Source: Pecten maximus (Eukaryota). Taken from it: a DNA stretch of 64,000 nucleotides. The notes beneath the pieces are model-generated. The model ran no database searches and was not told the DNA's origin. It saw only the letters and a list, made by a program, of their open reading frames with translations. Positions 12,405 through 29,725 of the stretch are shown piece after piece. Position 1 is the stretch's first letter. Each line of letters begins with the position of its first letter. The translations under genes and the position numbers were made by a program. The stretch covers positions 23,250,001 through 23,314,000 of the forward strand of contig NC_047016.1 of assembly GCF_902652985.1 (NCBI RefSeq), in the 5' to 3' direction.

Positions 12405-14590
12405 ACGTAAACGCACGTGTCTTTAGCAGAAAAGCCTAACGACTTACGTAAGTGTGCATTGTACTTCTTTTGCTTTATCTGTTAAACGCGATATAAGTGT
12501 TTTGTAACCGATACATATTTTGTTTTATTAATAAAATGCTTAGGTATAATAAACGAAAAGAATTTTATATTTTGTTGTGTTTGAGGTATAAATTAACTAA
12601 ACGTTTCGATGTGAGCCTGACAGGCGACGATCAACACGAAGACACTAGAGGACATGTAACGTTAACAGATATGGTCATTATCAAGAAAACATCGATCTAT
12701 TGCCAACCATGAATAATTCGAAGTCCCGCTGTTTCGAAGTTTTTCTGTTAGTCCCTTGAACTTCGAAACATCGAAGTTTGACTGTATATTGTAATCAGGG
12801 CGAGGTGTAGACATCGAGGATCTGAATATGAAGTAAATTCATCCTAGGTACACGATATTTGCGCTATGTTGTGAAAATGATATAAATCTGTCCAGGTCTC
12901 GCACAACTTATTATTTCACTGTAATTTATTACCAATGACTCAATCCCCTCAATCGCTCGTTTCAAGTTCAAATGTTGTGAAATTTATATCAAATTAAAGT
13001 TTGAAGATTTCCCTACCAGAAAAATGATGTTATTGGATAGGTTTAATAGCATATAAGAGCACATCTGTACTTGGAAGACAGTAACCCTGGTATTTGCAAT
13101 GCACAGGGGAACCCCGACCTGGGGAATTCCCGCCTTTTTACACCTTGATTCCTACATCTTTCTATTTACACCAGGAGTGTATATTTTTGATTTTTAAAAC
13201 CACAATACCCTACTTTTTATTCTCGTATATAGAAAGTACCCATTGCGTGTGTTATTTACTCAGGAAATAGCTACAAACCCAAGAAATACATTTTCTTCAG
13301 GGACTTGGTTCAGGTGAAACAGACCTCCAGGGGTTTAAGAGATACCTGGTACGTGCAAACAAGACCTATCAATTTTGACCTTTCGACTTTCACCCAAGAC
13401 AACCTAAATCATAAATGTAAAACTTATGACACGATGCTATGGCATGAATATGAATTGCCTGGGGTTCATGGTATACACAAAATTGTTAAGGATGGACAAA
13501 CTCGCTAAGTAACGTTCACCCCCCTCCCCTTACAAACAATTTACTAAAGTGGGGATATAAAAACCCCTGAACGAGAAGACTGCCAATAAAAACCCCAACA
13601 TTTTTCTATCTCTCGGGCTTTTTAAAGCAACAGCGACCTCGACAGTCCTCCAGAATTTCTGAAGATTTCATTACAAAATTTGGTTTAACTTCAGTCTGTA
13701 CTATTAAGGACCTGTAGTATTGTCTCAAGCTAGCCTGGACTTGCAAGGACGATTTCAGCATGCATTGCACATCTACTTTTCAGAGTATTAAGCTATCCAG
13801 AAACAATTTTTTTATTTTTAAGAAGCACTGGATTAAAGTCAGGAGAGCAATTGGTCAAACAGAAACCAACAAACAAGCAAGTTCCTTTAGCGCTAGCATT
13901 ATTTCAGATACAAGACTATTATTGCCCTTCATAATAGCCAATTTAGAAAGAACGACAAGAGGCAGTAATTTTTTTTTTGCTCTGGCTCTTTTATTCAATT
14001 TTTTAACATTTCTTTTTTCTCTTTTTTTTCTTCTTCTTGCACGTTGAATACTTTTCATCTTTTGAAAAAGCATATATTTGTGTATGCGACTTGTCACATT
14101 TGCACATTACTAGGGGTTGTTGCAAAGCTTGACATTAATATGATCAGTTATCACATCCGATACAATGGAATGATGGAAATGGTCAAATGGTAAAGAAAAC
14201 CACATTTTAACCTTTCGTGATAAGATAAAGAGTTAACTCGATGGAAATAAATGAAACTAAACTGAACTGAAATTTCTTTGTAACAGTTATGTAATTGGCA
14301 ATTGAGCATTCAAAACTTATTTGTCCATCTTCCTACACTGCAGTTTGTTTCAAAGCATTAAGCATGTGCAGCAAACATTTATCAAAATAAGCATGTTTTC
14401 CATTGGTCTTTGTTTTGATGGACACAGAATCTTCACATTGGACTAGTTTTTGTATTACCATGATCAGTTGGGTAGATTTTCAAGTCTCTATCTTAACAGT
14501 GTTCTAATTATGATGGCTTGTAATTGAAACAAAAAATAAATTAGTTTTGAATTTTGTAAGCTTGATCTTGGTCCAGAATTTGTCCTGTAT

Positions 14591-19950
<5,360 letters not shown>

Positions 19951-21081
19951 ATTGCTGGAAAAAAAACCCAAATAAAACAAAAATTGTTAAATAAATATGC
20001 CAACAGGATCTTAAAAAGACTTAACCTCAAATTGTATTATGAATAAGCACAGTGATCAATGTTCATTAAAAAAAACCATGGTAGGCGATTTGCTTAAATA
20101 GGGGTACAAGATAATGAACGGGCACAGGCAAAACGTATATAAATATATTCGTGACATTTGTGATATTTCCTTCATTTTGGGTAATACCAGTATTATACCA
20201 CCATTTTAAACTAGGTTAAGAAACTTGAATTCACAACCAATTTGTACATTGTTCAACCAGAGGCAGATTTAAAATAAAACATGGACCCTGATTAAGGTGT
20301 TTGAACAATGAATTCTTCACGAGATATTGCAGGTCTACACAGGTTGTAGAAAACCACGAACTTGTAATACGCAAACTCGCCAGTTGGAGTATGGATTTTC
20401 ATTTACATTAAAGTCCACGATCTGTGGGTTTCACTGAAAGAACTAAGCATCATGTTTAAATAAACAAAAGTATCAGCAATGTTTGAATTACACAATACAT
20501 ATAAGTGTAAGTATGGGCTTCTTTTTATAGACCACCCTCTACGATGCGTAATTGAACCACATGACCAAGCCCGGATGCTAATAGAATTTGCTAGAAGCCG
20601 AGCAACATGTTCAAAGTCCATAGAAAACGAAAGCATATATTCTGTAAGTATTTATTACTTCGATCAGTTTCTTCTCAGGTGATGTAAAAACTTTCTTTTT
20701 TAAATACAATGAAACTAAGGAAAGACAGTTTTGTGTACCGCGTCTAGCCAAATACCTTAGATCTACTAGCGCACGTGGTGCGTGTTTGGTGGCAACATAC
20801 ATTGTATTTAAACCAAGACCTTACCTACAGACTTTCACTTTGACAAAGCACACTTCCAATCAGATTTGTAAACCAAAAACTACTCGTGAATTAAAAGTAT
20901 AAATTATTAACATCCCCATTTAACTTTTCGATAACGCTAGCTAGAACGACGAAAAATGCCGGCCATTGTCTGCACGAGGACTCCTCCCTACAATTTATTC
21001 CAACAAATTTTACAGAATCGCCCGAAAGTAATGGCCCATTAATCGAACACAGATGCGTCTCAAACCGTTCTATAAACTTAC

Positions 21082-21170
21082 CTGTTGTTTTTAGTGTTTT
21101 ACTTGAATATTAGAGCCAGATATTTCAATGTTCTTGTCTCAGCTAAAACCCCTCGCTCCGGTTAGTTCTT
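21082..21170 (-). other. HSPA8: Putative non-coding first exon of HSC70
   Basis: Consensus donor CAG|GTAAGT at 21082/21081, just downstream of the promoter elements; TSS position approximate. Confidence 0.65.
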
Positions 21171-21192
21171 GGTTCCCGGCGTTATGCGACCC

Positions 21193-21301
21193 GTATTTAA
21201 TGCACACCGGAGGATATGACGTCAAATCTAGAAAATTCCAGAAGACGAGTAATATCCACCAATCAGAGCAGAGAAAAGAGACACGTGACTAATATGCTAA
21301 T
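21193..21301 (-). promoter_or_regulatory. HSC70 promoter: TATA-like, CRE, heat-shock element, CCAAT, E-box
   Basis: TTAAATA (~21194-200), TGACGTCA (21217-24), HSE aGAAa-aTTCc-aGAAg (21230-44), CCAATC (21259-64), CACGTG (21282-87). Confidence 0.8.
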
Positions 21302-21839
21302 TATTATTACATTCTAGACAAGCGTGTGATTTACGGCTCTAATATATAGAATTCTAGGCCTATATATATATAATATATATATTGTATCGATAAAATGATC
21401 AAGCTAATATATATGGTACAAATCAGTTTCTAATATTACATCGGCATTCAGTTAATTTCATTTCATGGAAGTAGATCGAGTAGACTAGCTATATCATGTA
21501 AAATGTTTCCAACTTCAAAAATGTACACGAAAGTGCAGATGGACAAAAGCACAAAAAATGTGTAAAATTTACTATCATATACTTTCTGTTTCTGCGTTAC
21601 TGTCTCATATATATGCTCTGTATCACACAAAATATAATTTCGTTCATATAGTAGATATGTACAGCTGTGTAGAGTCTAGTAAGAAATAATTATCTGTGCA
21701 AAGATTTAAAATTATTTTCAATGGCGATAAGAATATTAATTGTCTTAGAATAGACTTACAAAGTGTCCACGGAATGCTTTACAATACTCAGTTTGAAAAT
21801 ACAACATTTATAAAACAAGAAAGCGCGAACGCCAACGCA

Positions 21840-22053
21840 AAGAAATCGCGATTTTTCTGGAAATTTTGCCTGTTGACAACGTTTCCGTGTCACATGACGA
21901 TGAGTCGGACACCGTAGTCTGTATTATGTGTACTGTGTACGTTTGAAGGGAAGCTACTCCCACAATATTCAGTGACTTGACAACATGTAAACAAACAATG
22001 GTATCATAGGCACATGTGCACTGCAGATAGAGGATATCTGTCTGTAATATTAG
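21840..22053 (+). promoter_or_regulatory. Possible divergent promoter and non-coding exon for the plus-strand Hsp70 paralogue
   Basis: HSE-like tTTCt-gGAAa-tTTTg (21854-68), GTCACATGAC E-box palindrome (21889-98), strong donor AG|GTAAGG at 22053/54. Confidence 0.35.
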
Positions 22054-22297
22054 GTAAGGAAAATGAGGTATACAATAGCTATTTTCATTTCGAATGTTGA
22101 ACTCATGACACTGGCATCGCCAGCAAACACACCCATAACAATTATCACTAGATTATAGGCCTACTTCAGGCAGTAACATATATATCGTCCTTAATTTATT
22201 CAGATCGTGAATGTTCTCGAGTCGTTTCTCTTTCAATATTTTCCAACGTGTATACGTATACAATCGATATTGGAGGCCATCGAAATTCAGACGAGAC

Positions 22298-24809
22298 CCG
22301 AACTGAATCTGATTTGGGGAAAAGACAAATTCACTTTTTTAGGAATAGACTTTTCTGTGGATCTTAGTGAAATCCCTAGAATGAATTTTGACAAAAAGTT
22401 GGTGAAACTTAAATCTCTAATCAATATATGGAGTAGGAGGAACTTAACACCTCTTGTTAAAATTAACATAATCAAATCCTTACTAATCTCTCAATTTAAT
22501 TATCTATTTATTACCCTACCAAGTCCACCTGAAAAATATATTACTAAACTGAATTCTATATTATTCAACTTTTTGTGGGGTGGTAAACCTCATAAAATAA
22601 AAAAAGGATGTTGTAATTCAAGATTATGTAGATGGAGGGTTGAAAATGGTTGATCTGCATGCATTTATTGATTCTCTTAAGCTAAGTTGGGTCAGGAGAG
22701 TTTTTCAGTCATCAGGGACATGGAATGTACTTTTAAATTTGACTGTTGATATAAAAAAAAATACAAAATTGTGGCAAGGAATATATTAGTACATGTGTTT
22801 CTAATTGTAAAAATAAATTTTGGAAGGAAATCTTCAAATGTTGGGTTAGATTGAATAACTCAAATTATATGAGGGTGATACGCCAAGATTCTATATTAAA
22901 AACACCACTTTGGTATTATAATGACATACAAGTAGGGAATAATTTGTTTTCTATCCACACTGGTTTAAAGCCACTGTTTATACTATAAATGACCTTGTCA
23001 AAAATATTTGTGATATGACTTTTTATTCCCTTAATGAATTCCGTCAAAACTATAGAATAAATACAAATTTTCTACAATATCATGGTCTAGTCACAGCTGT
23101 AAAGCATTTTCTTAGAAGATTTGAGTTTATGATAGAAAGACCAGTCTTACCATTTTTACCATCAAACATAGAAATATTTTATAAGAGTAAAAAGGGATTT
23201 AAAGACTTTTATAACTGCATCATTACAGCACCATCAACACCAAATGGGGTAAGAAAATGGAATGAAGAATTTGACTTTGAGTTTAATCATGAAAAATGGG
23301 TTAAAATACTTAAACTTCCATTTACTATCACGAAAAGTTCTAAATTGCAATGGTTTCAAGTTAGAATATTACATCATATTCTAGTAACTAACACTTTTCT
23401 TTTTAAAATAAACATATACCCTAGTCCTTTATGTACACTCTGTAACATGGAAAGAGAAACTATTGTCCATTGTCTATGGGAATGCACAGAAGTGCAGGAA
23501 CTACTACAGCGATTTGAAACTTTATGTGACATTTTCCTCATTCCTATTTTTATAAATAAAGAATCTTTTCTTTTTGGTATACTATCACCTCAAGCAAATA
23601 TGGTTGATAACGAAATTTTAGTAATCATAAAACACTACATCTATAAAAGTAGATGTCTACATAAATTTTTGAGTCTGAATGCTCTTATCAATGTCATTAA
23701 AGACCACTTCATTGTTCAGAAATATATCATCAGCAGCAAAAATTAATACATGTGTAACAGAGCGCATGATAAATTAAATTTAAATCACTGCCTCCGCTAG
23801 GGATGGAATGCGGGACCTCTGGCTCACTAGTCTTACGCTCAACCGATCGAGCTAAAGAGAAGATCTCTCTAGCCGAGCGGTGTATTGCGGCTAGTATTTT
23901 ACCAGGGTTACACATGAAAAGGAAATTTGAAATTAACTGGAGGAAATGGAAAGCCATTGTTGAAATGTAACAGTAGTACAAATAATATTATTAATACTGT
24001 ATGCCCATCTTACATGTTTTTTATTGTTAATGCTATCGCATGCTCTGACTTTTGCCTGTTGTTCGAAAATGTAATGTTTTAATACTCAAATTATACAAGG
24101 AATTTTGAATATATTTCGGATATTTTAGCTATGGGACCTCTAACTTCATTTTCTTTCCTACCTACACCCTTTCTCTCTCTCTCTCTCTCTTTCTCTCTTT
24201 CTATGTTGTGTGTGTCTCTGTTTCCTACAATATTTAGTCTTACTATTTAGATTTAATACAGTTAATTTTTATCTCTTCAATGTTTGTCTGCTGTATTATC
24301 CTGGTATGCATGGTGAATGGTTGTAAAGGTATGTATGTTTGTGAGATATGTACATATGCACACACATAAAAAAGTTATAATTTAAAAAAGGAAAACTGTA
24401 TATATGAAAGAGATGTGTATGTTTCTTGATTATGTAATATTACGTACAGTGTTTATGTTACATGTTACTGTTGATATTATATAGCAATTTGGATATACAT
24501 ATAACTTTATATATAGCATTAATATTTTGGACAACTTATATGTACTTAAAAGTTCTTAAGCAATATAGTGACTATTATGCCGTTTAATTAATTAACTATA
24601 CTCAATATTATAGATCAGTTGACTTTTGACAATTTCATATATATTTATTATTCCATAATACAGTAATGAAATAAAACACATTAATTGACAGTTTGGTTTT
24701 CTTCAATATATATGTGTGTGAATGTGAAGTGTGTGAATGTGATGTTTATTGCCTTGTAATCCAAAATGAAATGTCTTTGAAAATAAAAAAAAAAATATTA
24801 AAAAAAAAA
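22298..24809 (+). mobile_element. 5'-truncated L1/Tx1-clade LINE
   Basis: Frameshifted ORF2 C-terminal part (FTFLGI, IIKSLLISQFNY, FLWGGK, zf-RVT CTLC..ETIVHCLWEC); AATAAA plus A tail; 16-bp TSD GAAATTCAGACGAGAC (22282-97, 24810-25). Confidence 0.9.
23753..23912 (-). mobile_element. 160-bp TGTAAC...GTTACA element (solo-LTR-like) carrying a tRNA-like sequence
   Basis: 6-bp terminal inverted repeats, 4-bp TSD CATG; minus-strand A-box-like TAGCTCGATCGG, anticodon-loop-like CTAGTGA and degenerate T arm at ~23789-23862. Confidence 0.65.
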
Positions 24810-25382
24810 GAAATTCAGACGAGACAGGTTTTTGTATTGTAACTAATTTTTGTCTTCGTTAATATTGATTTAATGCCATTTAACCTGATTCTCGAATTAA
24901 TTTATCGTCCTCTCACATTTTTCCTTGATTTTTATAAAATGCTTAATAATCTCAACTAATTTCTTAATTAAAGGCTTCATACAGCCCCATATACACATAT
25001 ATAACAAAAAGTAACATTCCCCCTCGACAACCATGCATACGCATGTGGGTACGATATAACCAGTTTAAAAGCAAATCACAAACAAAGGTTGTCAGTGTTG
25101 TGATGATATCACTGTATACACGACACCATGGACACTATAGGAAGAGTACTGACAAATCTATTAGTGTGAAGAAGAGAGAGGTACACGTGAAGGTTTGGAG
25201 AGAGGAAGCATTCATGTTTTTTAACGAATAAACTTATGTAAAGCTAAGTGAAAGTAAGTTTTCCTGATATATCAACAGGATGTAAATATGTTAAGATAGA
25301 GAAATGTTTATAATACAAATGCATTTGAGTATTGTTAACATAATCTTATTGTTTCAGACATTTGTAATTCAAGTATCGCAAA

Positions 25383-25620
25383 ATGCAAGAGAAAGCTCCG
25401 AGGCGAAAACCAGCCTCCCCCCGAATTATCGGACTGGACATAGGTGATACAACTTGTAGAGTAAGCACATGGTCATCTAAATCAGGAAAACCAGAAACTG
25501 TGGTGGACGAGTTGGGTAACAGATGTATACCATCTGCTGTGGCGGTTACTGACACAGGGGTGCTAGTGGGGCACGAAGCTCTTGGAATCCTGGCCAAAAA
25601 TCCTCACAACGTCTTTACAG
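25383..25620 (+). CDS. Hsp70 paralogue coding exon 1
   Basis: IIGLDIGDTT..DELGNRCIPSAVA; acceptor TTTCAG at 25357; phase-1 donor. Confidence 0.85.
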
Positions 25621-28600
25621 GTATAACTTAACACAAGTAAGATGTAAGTTCAGGTACCGTTTGAACTGATAACATAAGTTTCTTATTTAGTAGATAATCG
25701 CAAACACGAAATATGGATACTTGTTTCGACTTGTTTTTACTGTTACTACAGTTGCTATTATGAGAATAAGCTAAAACCTTGACAACAATTCGTTTCATAA
25801 GGAATCGAGCACGACGATTTAAATGCTGATGAAATAAAGAAATATAAGGGGAAATTAAGAAACAATTAGCATCATACCTTGGAATTAAGACACATATAGA
25901 GTCACAACCGGGAATAAAGGTGTCATTAGAGTCACACCTGGGAATAAAGGTGTCATTATAGTCACACCTGGGAATAAAGGTGTCATTAGAGTCAATACCC
26001 GGGAATAAAGGTGTCATTATAGTAATACCCGGGAATAAAGGTGTCATTATAGTCACACCCGGGAATAAAAGTGTCATTAGAGTAATACCCGGGAATAAAG
26101 TTGCCATTATAGTCACACCTGGGAATAAAGGTGTCATTATAGTCACACCCGGGAATAAAGGTGTCATTAGAGTAATACCCGGGAATAAAGGTGTCATTAG
26201 AGTAATACCCGGGAATAAAGGTGTCATTATAGTAATACCCGGGAATAAAGGTGTCATTATAGTCACACCCGGGAATAAAGGTGTCATTAGAGTAATACCC
26301 GGGAATAAAGGTGTCATTAGAGTAATACCCGGGAATAAAGGTGTCATTATAGTAATACCCGGGAATAAAGGTGTCATTAGTCATACCCGGGAATAAAGGT
26401 GTCATTATAGTCACACCCGGGAATAAAGGTGTCATTATAGTCACACCAGGGAATAAAGGTGTCATTAGAGTCACACCCGGGAATAAAGGTGTTATTAGAG
26501 TAATACCCGGGAATAAAGGTGTCATTATAGTAATACCCGGGAATAAAGGTGTCATTATAGTCACACCCGGGAATAAAGGTGTCATTAGAGTAATACCCGG
26601 GAATAAAGTTGCCATTATAGTCACACCCGGGAATAAAGGTGTCATTATAGTCACACCCGGAAATACAGGTGTTATTAGAGTCACACCCGGGAATAAAGGT
26701 GTCATTAGAGTCACACCCGGGAATAAAGGTGTCATTAGAGTCACAACCGGGAATAAAGGTGTCATTATAGTCACACCCGGGAAAAAAGGTGTCATTAGAG
26801 TAATACCCGGGAATAAAGGTGTCATTAGAGTAATACCCGGGATTCTACCATGTTTGCTATGCAACGCCAGTTTTGATTGGTTTAAAACCATGTATTATTT
26901 TCCAATTATACACGCTCGTGTCAATAATACACGTTTGTGAGTCACGGCTGTTACAATTTTATGTATCTAATATTCACCCGTTAATAATACTGTTACTTTA
27001 GCCGAGTGGGCTAATGGGTTAGTCTTTCTGTAACTTTTATCACGACGCGAGTTCGAATCCTACGAAGGCCGTTTTTTTGTTTTTTTCATCCCTTTTTTTT
27101 TTAAATTTCAAAATCAATGCCATATGATAGATGTTCTTGATCGTCGTACTGTAGTGCCTGTAAAGAAATGTATATTTCATCAACAAATAATGCAATACTC
27201 AAGAAATACGGGGTTTCTTTGCCGTTTTTCTATTAGACTTAGAGGTAGATCTCAAAATTAAACAGTACATGGTAGAATAGAAATAATCAACTTTGACTCG
27301 TGTATTGTTGCAGGATATACAACTCGGACTCGGATATTTTGCAATTTTAATTGATAACTCAGGCCTGCGGCCTTCGTTATTAATTTAATTGCAAAATATC
27401 CTCGTCCTCGTTGTATATTCTGCAACAATACACGAATCATCGTTAATTATTTCTTAAATAAAGGTGTCATTAGAGTAATACCCGGGACTAAATGTGTCAT
27501 TAGAGTAATACACGAGAGTTAAGGTGTCAGTAGAGTAATACACGAGAGTTAAGGTGTCAGTAGAGTAATACACGAGAATAAAGAATCCAAAAGAGTCATA
27601 CACTGAAATTAAGTTGCCAAAAAGTGATACCGGGGAATCAAGATGCCAATAGAGTGATACCGGGACTAAAACGTGCTAATAGAGTCATAACCGGGAATTA
27701 AGGTGTCAATAGAGTCATAACCGGGAATTAAGGTGTCAATAGAGTCATAACCGGGAATTAAGGTGTCAATAGAGTCATAACCGGGAATTAAGGTGTCAAT
27801 AGAGTCATAACCGGGAATTAAGGTGTCAATAGAATCATAACCGGGAATTAAGGTGTCAATAGAATCATAACCGGGAATTAAGGTGTCAATAGAATCATAA
27901 CCGGGAATTAAGGTGTCAATAGAGTCATAACCGGGAATTAAGGTGTCAATAGAGCGATACCCGGGAATTAAGGTGTCAATATAATCATAACCGGGAATTA
28001 AGGTGTCAATAGAGTCATAACCGGGAATTAAGGTGTCAATAGAGCGATACCCGGGAATTAAGGTGTCAATAGAGTCATAACCGGGAATTAAGGTGTCAAT
28101 AGAGTCATAACCGGGAATTAAGGTGTCAATAGAGTCATAACCGGGAATTAAGGTGTCAATAGAATCATATCCAGGAATTAAAGTGCGAACAGAGCAACAG
28201 AAACATCGACGTCGAAACAGAAGTGTTCATATATGATGTTTGTCACGGAAATTTCCAAATTGAGAGAAATATAAGGACTTGACATGAACTTTCAACCCAC
28301 GGTCTATATAATTACATGTGTTATATGTGGACCGTGGATTAGAAATTCGTGCCAAGTCCTGTTTAGCTGACGTATAAGTGTACATAATTTCATATGTTCA
28401 GGTATTATAGGCCTCTTGAAAGAAGATCCAGAAGAAAGACGACTTAAAGTGGAGGAAAATGGTAAAGATGTGACTTTCTCACCAAAGGATATTCTCACTC
28501 ATCTACTGGTTAAAGTGGCAGACATTGTCCATGAAAAATTTGGCAAAGTGAGTGACTTCCCCTTGAATACATCCCCATTAAATTATGTTTGATGATCTAA

Positions 28601-29690
28601 ATGGCACAGGCGCTAAGTCTTTAAAAAACTAAAGCGTGAAAGGAAATATAAATGTTGGTAGTATTTATACCGTTATTACTATGGTTGTTTTCGGCTTGTC
28701 ATTTTGACGGTATTATTATATTCTACTGTGACAGGACACTGTTGACACTGTAGTGGCCGTTCCTGTGGATTTGTCTGACGCTGGTCGACAGGCCGTCAAA
28801 GATGCGTGTAGTGATGTGGGTCTCAACATACTGAGGGTCATTAATGAAGCAACAAGTGCGTGTATTGCTCACGAACTTGATAATAAGGTAAATATTATAT
28901 TGGCAATTTTGAGTAACCCCTCCCCTGGAAGTTGCACCAATAGAACAAAGGGCAGACAGAGCAATGAGGAAAGAAAGGAAGGATTTAAGATCACAAGTGT
29001 TCCGTGTCTTCAATGACCCCTTAATAGAAGACACATAAAAAATCCCCGATTCATAAGTAGGCCCACTTTTAATTGCCTTTTACGACCAACATGTAACGTA
29101 ATGTAAACAACCCGGGTATTATGTAACATCCTTACTATACATTCAATGTAAACGACCCGGATATGATGTAACATCCTTACTATACATTCAATGTAAACGA
29201 CCCGGATATGATGTAACTATACATTCAATGTAAACGACCCGGATATGATGTAACAGCCTTACTATACATTCAATGTAAACGACCCGGATATGATGTAACA
29301 TCCTTACTATACATTCAATGTAAACGACCCGGATATGATGTAACATCCTTACTATACATTCAATGTAAACGACCCGGATATGATGTAACATCCTTACTAT
29401 GCATTCAATGTAAACGACCCGAGAAGGATGTAACAGCCTTACTATACATTTAATGTAAACGACCTGAGTATGATGTAACAGCCTTACTTCAATTCAATTC
29501 AATTCAATTTATTTCTCTTTAACCATACATAACAGTACAGAGAAAACATATTTACACAATACAAAAGTTATATACAGTTGTTCAGCCAGTGTATAAAGTA
29601 TGCACACGCAGACTGTATCAATTAGTTTATCAAAACATCTGATATTTAACCATATCGTTACGCATGATACCATTTTATATAATTTCAAAT

Positions 29691-29725
<35 letters not shown>

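Noticed and set aside
8687-14097. Lys/Arg-rich ORFs 8687-8929 and 13855-14097
   Set aside because: Translation of a low-complexity T-rich tract downstream of HSC70.
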